Positions 13,753-25,234 of a stretch of 32,000 nt of DNA are shown piece by piece (position 1 is the first letter of the stretch; each line of letters begins with the position of its first letter). Under the pieces are notes generated by a model, which worked only from the letters and a program-made list of their open reading frames with translations, searched no databases and was not told where the DNA came from. Location: the NCBI RefSeq assembly GCF_000195855.1, contig NC_002677.1, forward strand, positions 180,001-212,000. Reading direction: 5' to 3'. The translations under genes were made by a program, and so were the position numbers. This DNA comes from Mycobacterium leprae TN. GTDB taxonomy: Bacteria > Actinomycetota > Actinomycetes > Mycobacteriales > Mycobacteriaceae.

Positions 13753-14220
13753 GGCGATAACGTTACTGGACTAGATTCTGACGTCGGCGCAAGTTGCCGA
13801 ATAACTTCACGTGCCGGCTCAACAGTGTCGGCGAAATCACATTTTGGCCAGATCATGTAGTGATTACAGTCCCACCAAACAAATTCTACGGTGGCGCCCC
13901 ATCGGTCGGACGGCGTCGGTACGAACGGATTACCTTTTGGGTGGCGGTGTCATGACGGCCTTGGCCTGAGCGGCGGTAACTGACGTCGTTAGCCCGGCTC
14001 GGCATGCGACCTCGGCCAGATGTAAGAAATCGTGCTACTGTTCCACAGTCTCCCCCCATGAGGCGTCTAAGCTGCGGTTCTACACCTGCCAACTGTGGCG
14101 AGATCCGGGTCAGCGCGGTGTGTGAAGCTCTGCGCTGTGGCGTCGCTGGCGTTGCCCGCGTGAAAAATTCGGTGATGTCGCCGGGTCACCCCGGTTGAGC
14201 TGAGACGAGGTTAATAGGCG
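13753..14220. promoter_or_regulatory. Divergent intergenic region expected to hold the fadD28 and mas promoters
   Basis: 468 bp between divergent intact genes. No convincing gene-like ORF. No specific promoter motif was identified. Confidence 0.45.
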
Positions 14221-17200
14221 ATGGAAACAAGTGTCACTCCTATTGCGGTTATCGGGATGGGATGTCGGCTTCCCGGGGGTATCAATTCGCCAGACAAGCT
14301 ATGGGAGTCGTTGTTGCGTGGTGACAACCTGGTCACCGAGGTTCCACCTGACCGCTGGGACGTTGATGATTTTTATGATCCTGAGCCCGGGGTTCCTGGG
14401 CGTTCGGTGTCGAGGTGGGGTGGGTTCCTCGACGACGTCGCTGGCTTTGATGCCGAGTTCTTTGGCATCAGCGAGCGGGAGGCAACTTCGATCGATCCTC
14501 AGCAGCGATTGTTGTTGGAAACCTCGTGGGAAGCGATCGAGCAGGGCGGTCTGGATCCGGCGTCGTTGGCCGGCTCTTCGACAGCCGTTTTCACTGGGTT
14601 GACCCACGAGGATTACCTCGTACTTACCACCGCGGCGGGCGGTTTGGCTAGCCCGTACGTGGTAACCGGCCTTAACAACAGTGTGGCGTCTGGGAGGATC
14701 TCTCACACACTGGGCCTGCACGGTCCGGCTATGACGTTTGACACCGCGTGTTCTTCGGGTCTAATGGCGGTTCACTTGGCCTGCCGCAGCCTGCATGACG
14801 GCGAGAGCGACCTCGCTTTAGCGGGTGGCTGCGCAGTGCTGCTGGAACCGCACGCAAGTGTAGCGGCATCCGCTCAAGGCATGCTTTCGTCGACTGGTCG
14901 GTGTAAATCATTCGCCGCCGACGCGGACGGATTTGTGCGTTCCGAAGGCTGCGCGATGGTGTTGCTTAAGCGACTGCCGGATGCTTTGCGCGATGGTAAC
15001 CGGATCTTCGCCATGATTCTTGGCACGGCTACCAACCAGGACGGTGGCACGGAGACACTCATGATGCCATCCGAGGATGCTCAGGTCGCTGTGTACCAGG
15101 CGGCATTGGCGGTGGCGGGTGTAGAGCCCGAAACTATCGGTGTGGTGGAGGCGCACGGCACCGGCACACCAATCGGTGACCCGATTGAGTACCGCAGCCT
15201 GGCGCGGGTTTATGGTGCGGGCACTCCCTGTGCGCTTGGCTCGGCCAAGAGCAATATGGGGCACAGCACAGCATCGGCTGGGACTGTCGGGCTGATCAAG
15301 GCTATCCTATCGCTTAGGAACGGGCTGGTGCCTCCGCTGTTGCATTTCGATCGACTGTCCGATGATCTTACCGAGATCGAGACGGGACTCTTTGTGCCAC
15401 AGGAGGTTACTCCATGGCCAGTCGGCGGATATAACACCCCGAAGCGAGTCGCAGTGTCCTCATTTGGGATGTCGGGAACCAACGTGCACGTTATCGTAGA
15501 AGAGGCCCCATCGGAAGCTTGCGCGCCCGATGTACCTGAGACTTCGCCGGGGACGGGAGATGCTACGGTGGGGCGGCAGCTGTTCATGCTGTCGTCCACG
15601 TCCATCGCCGCACTGCGGGAAACCGCGCGACAGCTTGCCACGTGGGTGGAAGAACACCAGGACTCCGTGGTGCTGTCGGATTTGGCGTACACGCTGGCGC
15701 GGGGCCGTGCGCACCGGCCAGTGCGCACGGCGGTGGTTGCTGCGGACCTGCCCGAGCTTGTCGAAGGTTTGTGCGAGATTGCCGACGGTGACGCCCTATA
15801 TGACGCCGTGGTGGGACATGGTGATCGGGGACCGGTTTGGGTTTTCTCCGGGCAAGGGTCGCAGTGGGCGTCGATGGGAGTGCAATTGCTGGCGAACGAG
15901 CCAGTATTCGCGGCCACCATTACCAAGCTGGAGCCGGTGATCGCCGCAGAGTCGAGCTTCTCGGTGACCGAGGCGATTACGGCGCCGGAGACGGTGACCG
16001 GGATCGACAAGGTTCAGCCGTCGGTGTTCGCCGTGCAGGTCGCATTGGCTACCACCATGGAGCAAACCTATGGTGTACGCCCGGGTGCGGTCATCGGACA
16101 CTCGATGGGGGAGTCGGCCGCAGCCGTGGTTGCCGGGGCGCTGTCGCTTGAAGACGCGGCGCGCGTTATCTGTCGCCGCTCGAAGCTGATGAATCGCGTT
16201 GCCGGTAGCGGAGCTATGGGGTCAGTGGAATTGCCTGCTAAGCAAGTTAATTCAGAGCTCATGGCCCGCGGCATCGACGATGTCGTGATCTCGGTGGTGG
16301 CTTCACCGCAGTCCACGGTGATCGGCGGTGCCACTGAAACTGTGCGTGACCTGATTGCGCAGTGGGAGCAGCGTGACGTGATGGCGCGTGAAGTGGCTGT
16401 CGATGTAGCGTCGCACTCGTCTCAAGTCGATCCGATACTCGACGATTTAGCTGCGGCACTGGCCGACATAGCCCCGATGACACCGAAGGTTCCCTACTAC
16501 TCAGCGACTCTGTTCGACCCGCGTGAGCTGCCGGTGTGCAACGGCGCTTACTGGGTGGACAACCTGCGAAACACTGTGCAGTTCGCCGCCGCGGTGCAGG
16601 CCGCGATGGAGGACGGCTACCGGGTCTTTGCTGAGCTGTCACCACACCCGCTGCTGACCCACGCCGTAGAGCAGACTGCCCGAAACCTTGATATGTCGGT
16701 TGCCGCCCTGGCCGGTATGCGGCGCGAGCAGTCGATGCCGTACGGGCTGCGCGGCTTGCTGGCCGATCTGCACAGCGCGGGCGCCGCGTTGGACTTTGCG
16801 GCATTGTATCCTGCGGGCCGGTTGCTGGATGCGCCTTTGCCGGTGTGGACTCACCCTCGTTTGTTCATCGACACCGACGGGCAAGAACAGCGGGCGCAAG
16901 GTGCCTGTACAGTTACCGTGCATCCGTTGCTGGGTTCGCATGTGCGGCTGCTTGAGGAACCTGAGCGCCACATTTGGCAGGGCGACGTCGGTACTGCGGC
17001 GCTGTCCTGGCTTGCCGACCATCAGGTGCATAACGTCGCCGCTCTCCCCGGCGCTGCCTATTGTGAAATGGCGTTAGCTGCGGCCGTGGAGGTCTTCGGC
17101 GAAGCGGCCGAAGTCCGTGCTATCGCTTTTGAGCAGATGCTGTTGCTTGCCGCCGAGACCCCGATTGACGCTATTGCGTCGGTGGATGCGCCTGGTGTTA

Positions 17201-20200
17201 TCAACTTCGTGGTGCAGGCAAACCAGGACGGTGAAAAGATGCGTAACGCCACCGCAACGCTGCACGCTGCCGAGGATGACTGTCCACCACCGGCATATGA
17301 CATCGCTGCCCTGTTGGAGGCGCATCCGAATAGTGTGAATGGGACCGACCTGCGGGAATCGTTCGCCGAGCGTGGTGTTCAACTAGGTGCTGCATTCGCC
17401 GGCTTGGCCACTGCGCACACTGCCGAGGCGGAATCCGGCACCGTGCTGGCAGAAGTCGCGTTGCCTGCTTCGATTCGCTTCCAGCAGAGCTCCTATCAAA
17501 TCCACCCGGCGTTGCTAGACGCTTGTTTCCAATCCGTCGGCGCCGGCGTCGACGCCACTAAGGTCGGCAGCAGGGCCGGCCTGTTGTTGCCGTTGGGTGT
17601 GCGCAGCCTGCGTGTCTACAGGCCTACCCGCAATGCCCGTTATTGTTACACGCGGTTGACCAAGATCGAACCCAGAGGCGGTGAGGCCGACCTCGATGTG
17701 CTGGACGAGCACGGGGCGGTTTTGCTGGCTGTGCGTGGGCTACACATGGGAACTGGGACCACCGAACGCGGGGAGCTCGACCGCCAGCTCAGCGAGCGGC
17801 TGTTGACCATCGGATGGCAGCAGCGGACGCTGCCTGAGTCAGTCCATGTCGAGCCGGGATCTTGGCTGTTGATCGACACTTTCAACGCCTCTGCAATCCC
17901 CGACATGTGGGCTTCTACGTTGACGGATGCGCTGAAATCCTACGGTACCCAAGGCACCGAATGCACCAACCTGTCTTGGTTGATACAGGATGATCCCGTG
18001 GTTAGCCGCGAAAGGCTTGGCCGCCAGCTGCGTGGCCGCGATGGTGTGGTGATTCTCTGTGGGCCGCGTGCCGGTGCCCCTGATGAGCAAAGTCTGTTGG
18101 CTGCCCGCGAACAAGTACGTCATCTGGTTCGAATCATCCGGGAGTTGGCTGAATTAGAGGGTGAACTGCCGCGTTTGTTTGTTGTGACCAGGCAAGCTCA
18201 GATAGTTCAGTCGGGGGATGCGGCCAACTTGGAGCAGGCCGGTCTGCGTGGTCTGCTGCGGGTGATCAGCAGTGAACATCCGATGCTGCGCACCACTCTG
18301 GTCGACGTGGATGAGCACACCGACGTTGAACGGGTGGCCCAGCAACTGCTGAGTGGGTCGGAAGAGGATGAGACTGCCTGGCGGAATGGCGACTGGTACG
18401 TGGCGCGGCTGAACCCCAGTCCGTTGAGCCATGAAGATCGGCGAACAGTGGTGTTGAACCCCGAGCACGACGGGTTGCGGGTGCACGTTCGCAAGCCGGG
18501 TGACTTGCAATCTCTGGAACTTGTTGCCAGTGACCGAGTTCCGCCTGGCCCCGGACAGCTCGAGGTCGCGGTCAGTATGTCCAGCATCAACTTCGCTGAC
18601 GTTCTCATCGCGTTCGGCCGATTCCCTATCATCGACGACCGCGACCCGCAGTTGGGTATGGACTTCGTGGGTGTGGTGACTGCGGTCGGGGAGGGCGTGA
18701 CCGGCCATCAGATTGGTGACCGTGTTGGCGGTTTTTCTGAAGGCGGCTGTTGGCGGACGTTCCTAACGTGTGACGCCAACCTTGCCGTCACGCTTCCGTC
18801 TGGCTTGACTGATGAGCAGGCGATCACGGCTGCCACCGCGCATGCTACCGCTTGGTATGGGTTGAATGACCTGGCCGGGATTAAGGTCGGTGACAAGGTG
18901 TTGATTCACTCCGCGACCGGCGGTGTGGGGCAAGCGGCCATTTCTATTGCCCGTGCAAAGGGTGCGGAAATTTTCGCGACCGCCGGCAACCCGACCAAGC
19001 GAGCGATGCTGCACGACCTGGGCATCGAGCATGTCTACGACTCGCGCAGTGTCGAATTTGCCGAGCAAATCCGGCGCGACACCGATGGGTACGGCGTGGA
19101 TATCGTGCTGAACTCATTGACCGGTGCCGCACAACGCGCCGGGTTGGAGCTATTGACCTTCGGCGGCCGGTTCGTCGAAATCGGTAAGGCCGATGTTTAC
19201 GGCAACACCCGGCTGGGTCTCTTCCCGTTTCGTCGCGGTCTGACATTTTACTACTTGGACCTCGCGCTGATGTCCGTCACCCAGCCCGACCGGGTCCGCG
19301 AGTTACTCGCCACGGTATTCAATCTCACCGCTGACGGTGTCCTGACCGCACCGGAGTGCACTCATTATCCGCTGACCGATGCGGCCAATGCCATCCGGGC
19401 AATGAGCAACGCTGAGCACACCGGCAAACTTGTGCTCGACATACCGCGAACCGGTAGTAGAAGTGTGGCGGTGCCACCGGAACAGGCGCCTGTCTACCGC
19501 CGCGATGGCTCTTACATTATCACCGGTGGTTTGGGTGGTCTCGGCTTATTCTTCGCCTCCAAGCTGGCCGAGGCCGGCTGCGGCCGGATCGTGCTGACCG
19601 CGCGTTCGCAGCCCAACCCCAAAGCCCGGCAGACCATTGAGCGTCTCTGTGCCGCCGGCGCCGACATCGTGGTGGAGTGTGGTAACATCGCTGAACCCTA
19701 TACCGCGGACCGGTTGGTGAACGCGGCGACCGCTACCGGGCTTCCACTGCGTGGGGTCCTGCATTCGGCGGCGGTGGTCGAGGACGCCACGCTGACCAAC
19801 ATCACTGACGAGCTTATCGACCGCGACTGGTCGCCCAAAGTTTACGGATCGTGGAATTTACACTGCGCGACGATCGGGCAGCCGTTGGACTGGTTCTGCT
19901 TATTCTCCTCGGGAGCAGCTCTTCTGGGCTCGCCAGGTCAGGGTGCCTACGCGGCGGCCAACAGCTGGGTCGATCTCTTCGCCCATTGGCGCCGCGCCCA
20001 GGGCCTGCCGGTCAGTGCGATTGCGTGGGGTGCGTGGGGAGAGGTTGGCCGCGCTACGTTCTTGGCCGAAGGGGGGGAAATCATGATCACCCCCGATGAA
20101 GGTGCGTATGCCTTTGAGATGCTGGTGCGCTATGATCGGCCCTACAGCGGTTATATTCCTATCCTGGGGGCGCCATGGTTGCCGGACCTTGTCCGACGCA

Positions 20201-20571
20201 GCCCGTGGGCTGAAATGTTCTCATCCGCTGGGCAGGGGTCAAGGGGTCCAAGTAAATTCCGCATGGAGCTGCTTGCGCTACCGCAAGATGAATGGTCCGG
20301 ACGGTTGCGGCGTCTGCTAGTCGAGCAGGCTAGTGTGATTCTGCGTCGCACGATCGACGCGGACCGCTCCTTCATTGAATATGGCCTGGACTCGCTGGGC
20401 ATGCTCGAGATGCGTACCCACATTGAATCTGAGACCGGAATACGGCTGACCCCCAAAGTCATCGCTACAAACAACACTGCACGCGCCTTGGCTCAGTACT
20501 TAGCGGACACGCTGGCTGAGGAGGAGGGGGTGGCAGCACCGGCCGCTATGGTGTCACCGGAGACACCCTGA
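14221..20571 (+). CDS. mas: Mycocerosic acid synthase (iterative type I PKS)
   Basis: Intact 2116-aa ORF. KS: [15 protein letters not shown]: [14 protein letters not shown] with VASHSSQ. DH: [16 protein letters not shown]: [24 protein letters not shown]: [20 protein letters not shown]: [12 protein letters not shown]. Adjacent to fadD28/mmpL7. Confidence 0.95.
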   Translation: METSVTPIAVIGMGCRLPGGINSPDKLWESLLRGDNLVTEVPPDRWDVDDFYDPEPGVPGRSVSRWGGFLDDVAGFDAEFFGISEREATSIDPQQRLLLETSWEAIEQGGLDPASLAGSSTAVFTGLTHEDYLVLTTAAGGLASPYVVTGLNNSVASGRISHTLGLHGPAMTFDTACSSGLMAVHLACRSLHDGESDLALAGGCAVLLEPHASVAASAQGMLSSTGRCKSFAADADGFVRSEGCAMVLLKRLPDALRDGNRIFAMILGTATNQDGGTETLMMPSEDAQVAVYQAALAVAGVEPETIGVVEAHGTGTPIGDPIEYRSLARVYGAGTPCALGSAKSNMGHSTASAGTVGLIKAILSLRNGLVPPLLHFDRLSDDLTEIETGLFVPQEVTPWPVGGYNTPKRVAVSSFGMSGTNVHVIVEEAPSEACAPDVPETSPGTGDATVGRQLFMLSSTSIAALRETARQLATWVEEHQDSVVLSDLAYTLARGRAHRPVRTAVVAADLPELVEGLCEIADGDALYDAVVGHGDRGPVWVFSGQGSQWASMGVQLLANEPVFAATITKLEPVIAAESSFSVTEAITAPETVTGIDKVQPSVFAVQVALATTMEQTYGVRPGAVIGHSMGESAAAVVAGALSLEDAARVICRRSKLMNRVAGSGAMGSVELPAKQVNSELMARGIDDVVISVVASPQSTVIGGATETVRDLIAQWEQRDVMAREVAVDVASHSSQVDPILDDLAAALADIAPMTPKVPYYSATLFDPRELPVCNGAYWVDNLRNTVQFAAAVQAAMEDGYRVFAELSPHPLLTHAVEQTARNLDMSVAALAGMRREQSMPYGLRGLLADLHSAGAALDFAALYPAGRLLDAPLPVWTHPRLFIDTDGQEQRAQGACTVTVHPLLGSHVRLLEEPERHIWQGDVGTAALSWLADHQVHNVAALPGAAYCEMALAAAVEVFGEAAEVRAIAFEQMLLLAAETPIDAIASVDAPGVINFVVQANQDGEKMRNATATLHAAEDDCPPPAYDIAALLEAHPNSVNGTDLRESFAERGVQLGAAFAGLATAHTAEAESGTVLAEVALPASIRFQQSSYQIHPALLDACFQSVGAGVDATKVGSRAGLLLPLGVRSLRVYRPTRNARYCYTRLTKIEPRGGEADLDVLDEHGAVLLAVRGLHMGTGTTERGELDRQLSERLLTIGWQQRTLPESVHVEPGSWLLIDTFNASAIPDMWASTLTDALKSYGTQGTECTNLSWLIQDDPVVSRERLGRQLRGRDGVVILCGPRAGAPDEQSLLAAREQVRHLVRIIRELAELEGELPRLFVVTRQAQIVQSGDAANLEQAGLRGLLRVISSEHPMLRTTLVDVDEHTDVERVAQQLLSGSEEDETAWRNGDWYVARLNPSPLSHEDRRTVVLNPEHDGLRVHVRKPGDLQSLELVASDRVPPGPGQLEVAVSMSSINFADVLIAFGRFPIIDDRDPQLGMDFVGVVTAVGEGVTGHQIGDRVGGFSEGGCWRTFLTCDANLAVTLPSGLTDEQAITAATAHATAWYGLNDLAGIKVGDKVLIHSATGGVGQAAISIARAKGAEIFATAGNPTKRAMLHDLGIEHVYDSRSVEFAEQIRRDTDGYGVDIVLNSLTGAAQRAGLELLTFGGRFVEIGKADVYGNTRLGLFPFRRGLTFYYLDLALMSVTQPDRVRELLATVFNLTADGVLTAPECTHYPLTDAANAIRAMSNAEHTGKLVLDIPRTGSRSVAVPPEQAPVYRRDGSYIITGGLGGLGLFFASKLAEAGCGRIVLTARSQPNPKARQTIERLCAAGADIVVECGNIAEPYTADRLVNAATATGLPLRGVLHSAAVVEDATLTNITDELIDRDWSPKVYGSWNLHCATIGQPLDWFCLFSSGAALLGSPGQGAYAAANSWVDLFAHWRRAQGLPVSAIAWGAWGEVGRATFLAEGGEIMITPDEGAYAFEMLVRYDRPYSGYIPILGAPWLPDLVRRSPWAEMFSSAGQGSRGPSKFRMELLALPQDEWSGRLRRLLVEQASVILRRTIDADRSFIEYGLDSLGMLEMRTHIESETGIRLTPKVIATNNTARALAQYLADTLAEEEGVAAPAAMVSPETP

Positions 20572-21333
20572 TGGGCGGATTGTCCAACACTGCAAGGTGT
20601 TTTGCGGATCGATAACGGGTCAGTTTGAATCCAGGGAGAGAGCGAACCACTGTGCTGGGGTGATTTGTTTGCTGTAATCTACCAGATGTCTTTCGTTGCA
20701 TGCAGTTCCTGCAACGGATTAAGCAGGGCCGGTGCTGCCCACTAACTCCGTTCCCTCAACTGTTTGCTACCCACATCACATGGCAGTTTTTTGCAATTTG
20801 GTCGTGCCAAAATCTATGACCAAAGTGGAACGTATAAGCTGCTCAATGGCAGGGATTCTCTCGCTGGTCCACAGCGAGACGGTTAATGGTCCACATCCAC
20901 ACGATCTTCGGTGAAGTGACCGTCCCTGTCTCGCAGTGGTCTCCAAGATCTACCTTGCACCGTTTGGTGGGATCCGGTCTGCTAAACTCGACCATCCTTA
21001 GTATTGACCTGCGGCATGATCCATCGGCCTTCCTGCGTAGCTCGGTCCGCCACCCCGCTCAACGACAGTTGATGCGTTTGGCTTTAGCAGACCACATCTG
21101 CCAGGCCGAGTAGTTCCCGCGGCTATCAGCGACACCACGAAAAGTTTAGCCCGAGTGCGTTGCGGCGCACGTAAGCTTTTAGAGGTGCCGGGTCAGCCTC
21201 TGGCTCCGTCACTGACCTGAATGAACCAACTTTGTATCTAGCTCGGTTCGCCGATTCGCCACCACCAGGCTGGCATTGGCCGATGTTAAACAGACCAGCA
21301 AGCATCTCGGAGTGACCATAAATTACGGTATCT

Positions 21334-21852
21334 TGTCTATGTCGACCAGTGTGCTTGCGTGTATTGCTCTTGCGCTACGACGGCAAGGCAAATTCCCGCT
21401 GCTTGCGATTGCCCCGGATTAACCTCGATTCGTCACAGGAGCGGATTTCTGGGAGTTAGTTCGTATTTTGTCCGTAGCGTTGCTCGTGTACATCGAAGAC
21501 CCGCAGGAAGCGGATACGGTGTTTCCTGGTTATGGCCGTCACGGCGGCCAAGCAGCTTCATCGGGGCTCAGAGGACCAAGGCTAGTCCAACTGCTGGTTG
21601 GTCTATATCTCGCCCGTGTCCGCGGAAACTTTTCTTTGGTTGGCATCGATCCGCAAAGTCTTGAACAAGATGTTCAACCTGGTCATTACGACCGTTGCTG
21701 TCCCTTTACTACGGTGTGGCCGGTTCGGTGGCGAAACTTATTCGGTGGGGTCATTGGGCTGCTCACTATGACTGCGTGCAGCTATGTTGATCAGCTCGAT
21801 CTCTCGATACTGACCGACGTTACTATCGTCCAGGACCCGCATGAAATGTGAA
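21334..21852 (+). pseudogene. Decayed WS/DGAT-like (wax ester synthase/diacylglycerol acyltransferase) remnant
   Basis: Frame-shifted pieces. TSVLACIALALRRQGKFPLLAIAP resembles the internal part of the family. NLFGGVIGLLTMTACSYVDQLDLSILTDVTIVQDPHEM resembles the C-terminal '..SYVDQ(L/M).F.. ..PDPHEL' pattern. Confidence 0.5.
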
Positions 21853-23369
21853 CGTGGAATTCATCTAAATTCGTAGGAGAGAAGCCTTTTCCAAGAGGTT
21901 TACAGTCATGTGATCTCGATGTTGCCAGGGTCAGTTGCTGCAAGCACTGCGCTGCCGAATTGGTGCGTCGAGGAACACATCACCCCGCGGGAGCTGGTGG
22001 TAGTTTCCGCAGCAGACGCAGAAGCCGCGTCAAGTCCGGGGGTATTAATCTGACGGAGGGCAGCAGTTTTGCCAATGCGTCTGCTGCCTGCGTGGGTTGC
22101 TGCGGCCATCGCGCGGTTTGAGTATTTCGTGTGGTGGCTGCTCTCTTCAGGTTCCTGTCTCCGCGCGAGTACAGCGCAGTATTTGTTGTCGCCTGATGCG
22201 CCGAGCCCGTGCACGCTCATTCGCTATCCTCACCGACTTCGTCGCGTGCTATCCGGATGCTGTCGATAGAACTGGGCAAGTTGTCCGCTGACCACGACCA
22301 GACCAATCAACTCGCTGACCTGTCCATGGGCGTGTAAACGAAGCCCCGGCTTGTTCCGTGACTGGTTGGCCGCGGAGCCTCTGGTACGTGCCTCGGTGTG
22401 TGGATCATCTTCATGTACGGATCGACAGGCACGTTGAAGAGGGAGTAGCCGCCACGCATCCCAGTGCCGCCGCGGTTGCCGACGCTGAGGTGCAGATGTT
22501 CTTGCAAGACAATCCGATTAGTCCGGGTGCTGGCCGGGCTGTCAATGACTTTGAGACGCATTGTGAGAGGAGGTGTGGTTGTCCTGGCGCAACAAGCCCC
22601 TGCTTGGTACCCGCGTAACGATCGTTAGTGCGCAGCGGTATGGACCATGCTCCATGGTTGGTGTATTAGTCCGTGCATTGGAGGCTGTTACCGGCGTGTC
22701 GGGACGTAACCCGAACCCGGTTTGCGTGAGGGCTATCACCAGGTGTGCGGCCGCGTCGGGTGGTGACTGTGGGTGACTGAGCGACTTGTGGACGCCGCGC
22801 GCAATTATTATCTTTTCCCCGTTGTATGCTGACGATGTTGTGATTGCGGTGCCTCTATGCTCAGGTTGGCCACAGCACCGAGATCTTCACGGTTTTGCTG
22901 ACCTCCAAGTTAATTGTGACCGAGTATGGGTGTGTTCTTGGTCATGCCTTTCCCTGGTGGCGTCCTATGAGCTTGCCGGTGGCTGAGATATACGAAGGCC
23001 AAGGTCGGTCGGCGGGCGTTTCTCGGTGGCCGAGGCTATTACCCAGCCGGACCGCTGCGTCCCCGAGGACGGATTTGGTTGCGGTGCTATCCGTGACGCT
23101 TCCTAAAGCCAAGCATGGTTCGTCGTGGTTGGGCGGTCCTCCGCCTTGGGCTGTGTCGGTGCTCCGCCGCAATTGATCGAGAAACAATAATAAAACCATC
23201 TATGACCCGCTGACGGGGTTGAAGGTGATGCGCGTCGTAGTGGAAACGTGTCTCCTGCTGGCCGGTATTCATAACGGTCGCGATCAGGCTAGCCGGTGCT
23301 TGGGCGCACTGCAGGAGCCGGCAAGAGCGTTAGGCATCCTGTTGGCTGCGCCCGGCTGATGCTACTAGT

Positions 23370-23930
23370 AGTCGCCGGCGTTGTCACCGTTGCTGCTAAA
23401 TTGGCTTTTGGCCTCCCGGCTCAGAGCCAGTGCATTTCCGCTGGGGTCGTCGTTCGTATGCCATAACGAATTCGCCGAGACGTTCGTCGAAATCGTCTCC
23501 GCGCCATGGTTCGTGCGCGGCCACCGGCGCGCCGGTAATCACTCTACTGTTTACGTGGTGGTTACGTGCGCTAGGTACCAACGTCAGGAGCGGTGCGTGG
23601 TGTGGGAACTTATTGGCGTCTGAGGCGGACTTGATCACGCTCGGCAAGGGCTCCACCGTCAACCGCGGCTGTGTGATGCGGCCACATCTTTTTTTGCAAA
23701 AAAACCAGGCGTGGAACCTCCATCGTAAGAAATTCAGCGGCAAAAACGTGCCCGCCAACGGCGTGCCGGACGTCCTCGCGTGACAGCTTCCGCCAAGTCG
23801 ATCAAGACCGGTTCCGAAGAAATCTGTCTCCGTGATTATCGACCCATACCCGCCGAAAATGGCAAAACTGGATACTAGTGTCGCGTCATGAATTGGAGCT
23901 GGAGTACCGGGTCGTAATCAATCGGTTGTC
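23370..23930 (+). pseudogene. Decayed NRPS-terminal / hexapeptide-repeat acyltransferase-like protein
   Basis: LLLNWLLASRLRASAFPLGSSFVCHNEFAETFVEIVSAPWFVRG, then after a frameshift VITLLFTWWLRALGTNVRSGAWCGNLLASEADLITLGKGSTVNRGCVMRPHLF. This resembles the recalled family pattern 'WLRALGAxVGRGVWCExYWLPEADLITLGDGSTVNRGCVVQTHLFHDRIM'. Confidence 0.6.
23689..23704. repeat. Perfect 16-bp palindrome TTTTTTTGCAAAAAAA (T7-GC-A7)
   Basis: Read directly from sequence: ...ccacatcTTTTTTTGCAAAAAAAccagg... Confidence 0.9.
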
Positions 23931-24705
23931 GGGCCAGGCAACCATCACTCACAGCGGTGATGTTGACAGAATTGCAGCGGCTGACGTTTGATCTGTCTGG
24001 TTCCTTGACGGCGTTCGACGGTTCGGTGAAAGGCAAACCAGCAGCTCGTTTCTCTTGTCGCAGCGAAAAGTCGCGTATCTGTTGAGTATCTAAGCTCGTG
24101 ACCGGTGATGAACGCTGTCGATTGTGGTGCGCTAGGCGGTTCACCGAGACCGCTGCAATCACTTTATAATCGACATTTCGCCATCTTTGGCATACACGTG
24201 ATTATCCCTGGATATTCCAGCAGTGTTACGTCGTGGTTACCGAGCAACGATTCGATCGCCTCAGTGCTAAGGTCGCCTACCGCATTCGGATCAGCACCGA
24301 AAGCCGATACAGCCTCATTTCCAACGGCAAATTTGTGGCGCGGCGGATCCGAGTTTCGCATATTGATTGCCGCGATCCCACCTGAACCGACATCGACGTA
24401 TCTTGTTCTCCTGCAGATCGGCATGTACGGGATGATGCTGCTGACTGGGGTTCCGGTCCTGATCCAGGCGGTGTTGCCGGAGCTGCTGCGCCGCGATTTC
24501 GACCACGATCTCGTTCACCAGCCTGAGACGATGAATCTGTTTGTCGAGTTGTTCGTACCGTATCTGTTGGCGACCGGGTACACGGGGTCGTTGTCACCGA
24601 CGACCCGCTAGCGATAACGCTGGTAAGCACAGGGTATTTCGCTCTTCGGAGTTAATCATTGCGAAGGTACCTGTGCTGAACAGCGTTTCATCGCTCACGA
24701 AACTA

Positions 24706-25120
24706 GTGTTGTGTGTTGGTGATTGTTTTAACGTTTGATTTTGTTGAGGGGGTGTCTGCGGTCTGGGTTCAGGTGAACGGTGTGGTGTGTTCGTTGTAGG
24801 TGGGGATCGCGGTTTCGAGGTTGTTGATATCGGTGAACGTGTTGTGGCGGGTGATGGTGGTGAAGAAGATTTTGGTTATGTGTCAGCTATGAGCAGCTTG
24901 TCGGTGTGAAGTGCAGTGTGGCTTGCTGGTTATCCTGTAGCCAGGATCGGCTGCTGGGGGTTTGTGGGTTGGCGTAGTTGTCGCAGATTGGGGCATGCCT
25001 GTATGTGTGGGTGTGTTTTGGTGGCGAGTTTGAAGGTAGTGGCAGAATCGGTTTGGGTGTGATCCAGCTGCTTGGGTCTGGGGCTTCATTGTCGACGCTA
25101 GAGCATAATCGCGGCCGCGG
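24706..25120 (-). pseudogene. IS630-family transposase pseudogene, C-terminal half (3' exon) with internal deletion
   Basis: Minus strand: (P)AAAIML, SVDNEAPDPSSWITPKPILPLPSNSPPKHTHTYRHA, ICDNYANPQTPSSRSWLQDNQQATLHFTPTSCS*, then IFFTTITRHNTFTDINNLETAIPTYNEH..TPFT*TQTAD. This matches the IS630 pattern 'VLSVDEKxQIQALDRTQPxLPL..THDYxRHG ... DNYATHKTPxVxxWL..HxHFTPTSxSWLNxVExFF..ITRQxxRRGTFxSVxDLExAI...PFTWTKTAD'. About 75-80 residues between the first and second acidic motifs appear missing. Confidence 0.82.
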
Positions 25121-25184
25121 GTTGAGTAGGCCTGGGGCGCGGTGTGGGTGTATTACTTTCGGTCCGTTTCCCAGACTGGTCGCC

Positions 25185-25218
25185 GATCCTGGTGTGCGCG
25201 TCTTTGCGCACCGGGCTT
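25185..25218 (-). ncRNA. Group II intron domain V (34 nt, mildly degenerate)
   Basis: The minus strand reads AAGCCCGGTGCGCAAAGACGCGCACACCAGGATC. Pairs include 2-33, 4-31, 5-30, 7-28, 8-27, 9-24, 10-23, 11-22, 12-21 and 13-20. It has the 2-nt bulge at 25-26 and the AGC triad at 2-4. Mismatches at 1-34, 3-32 and 6-29 look like decay. It lies 16 nt after the maturase stop. Confidence 0.72.
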
Positions 25219-25234
25219 TTCATGGTCACTACCG

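Noticed and set aside
21906-23272. Scattered 60-110 aa ORFs as small genes or an unknown system
   Set aside because: No family motif, no consistent start/RBS context, and mutually overlapping frames on both strands. Best treated as decayed or non-coding sequence.
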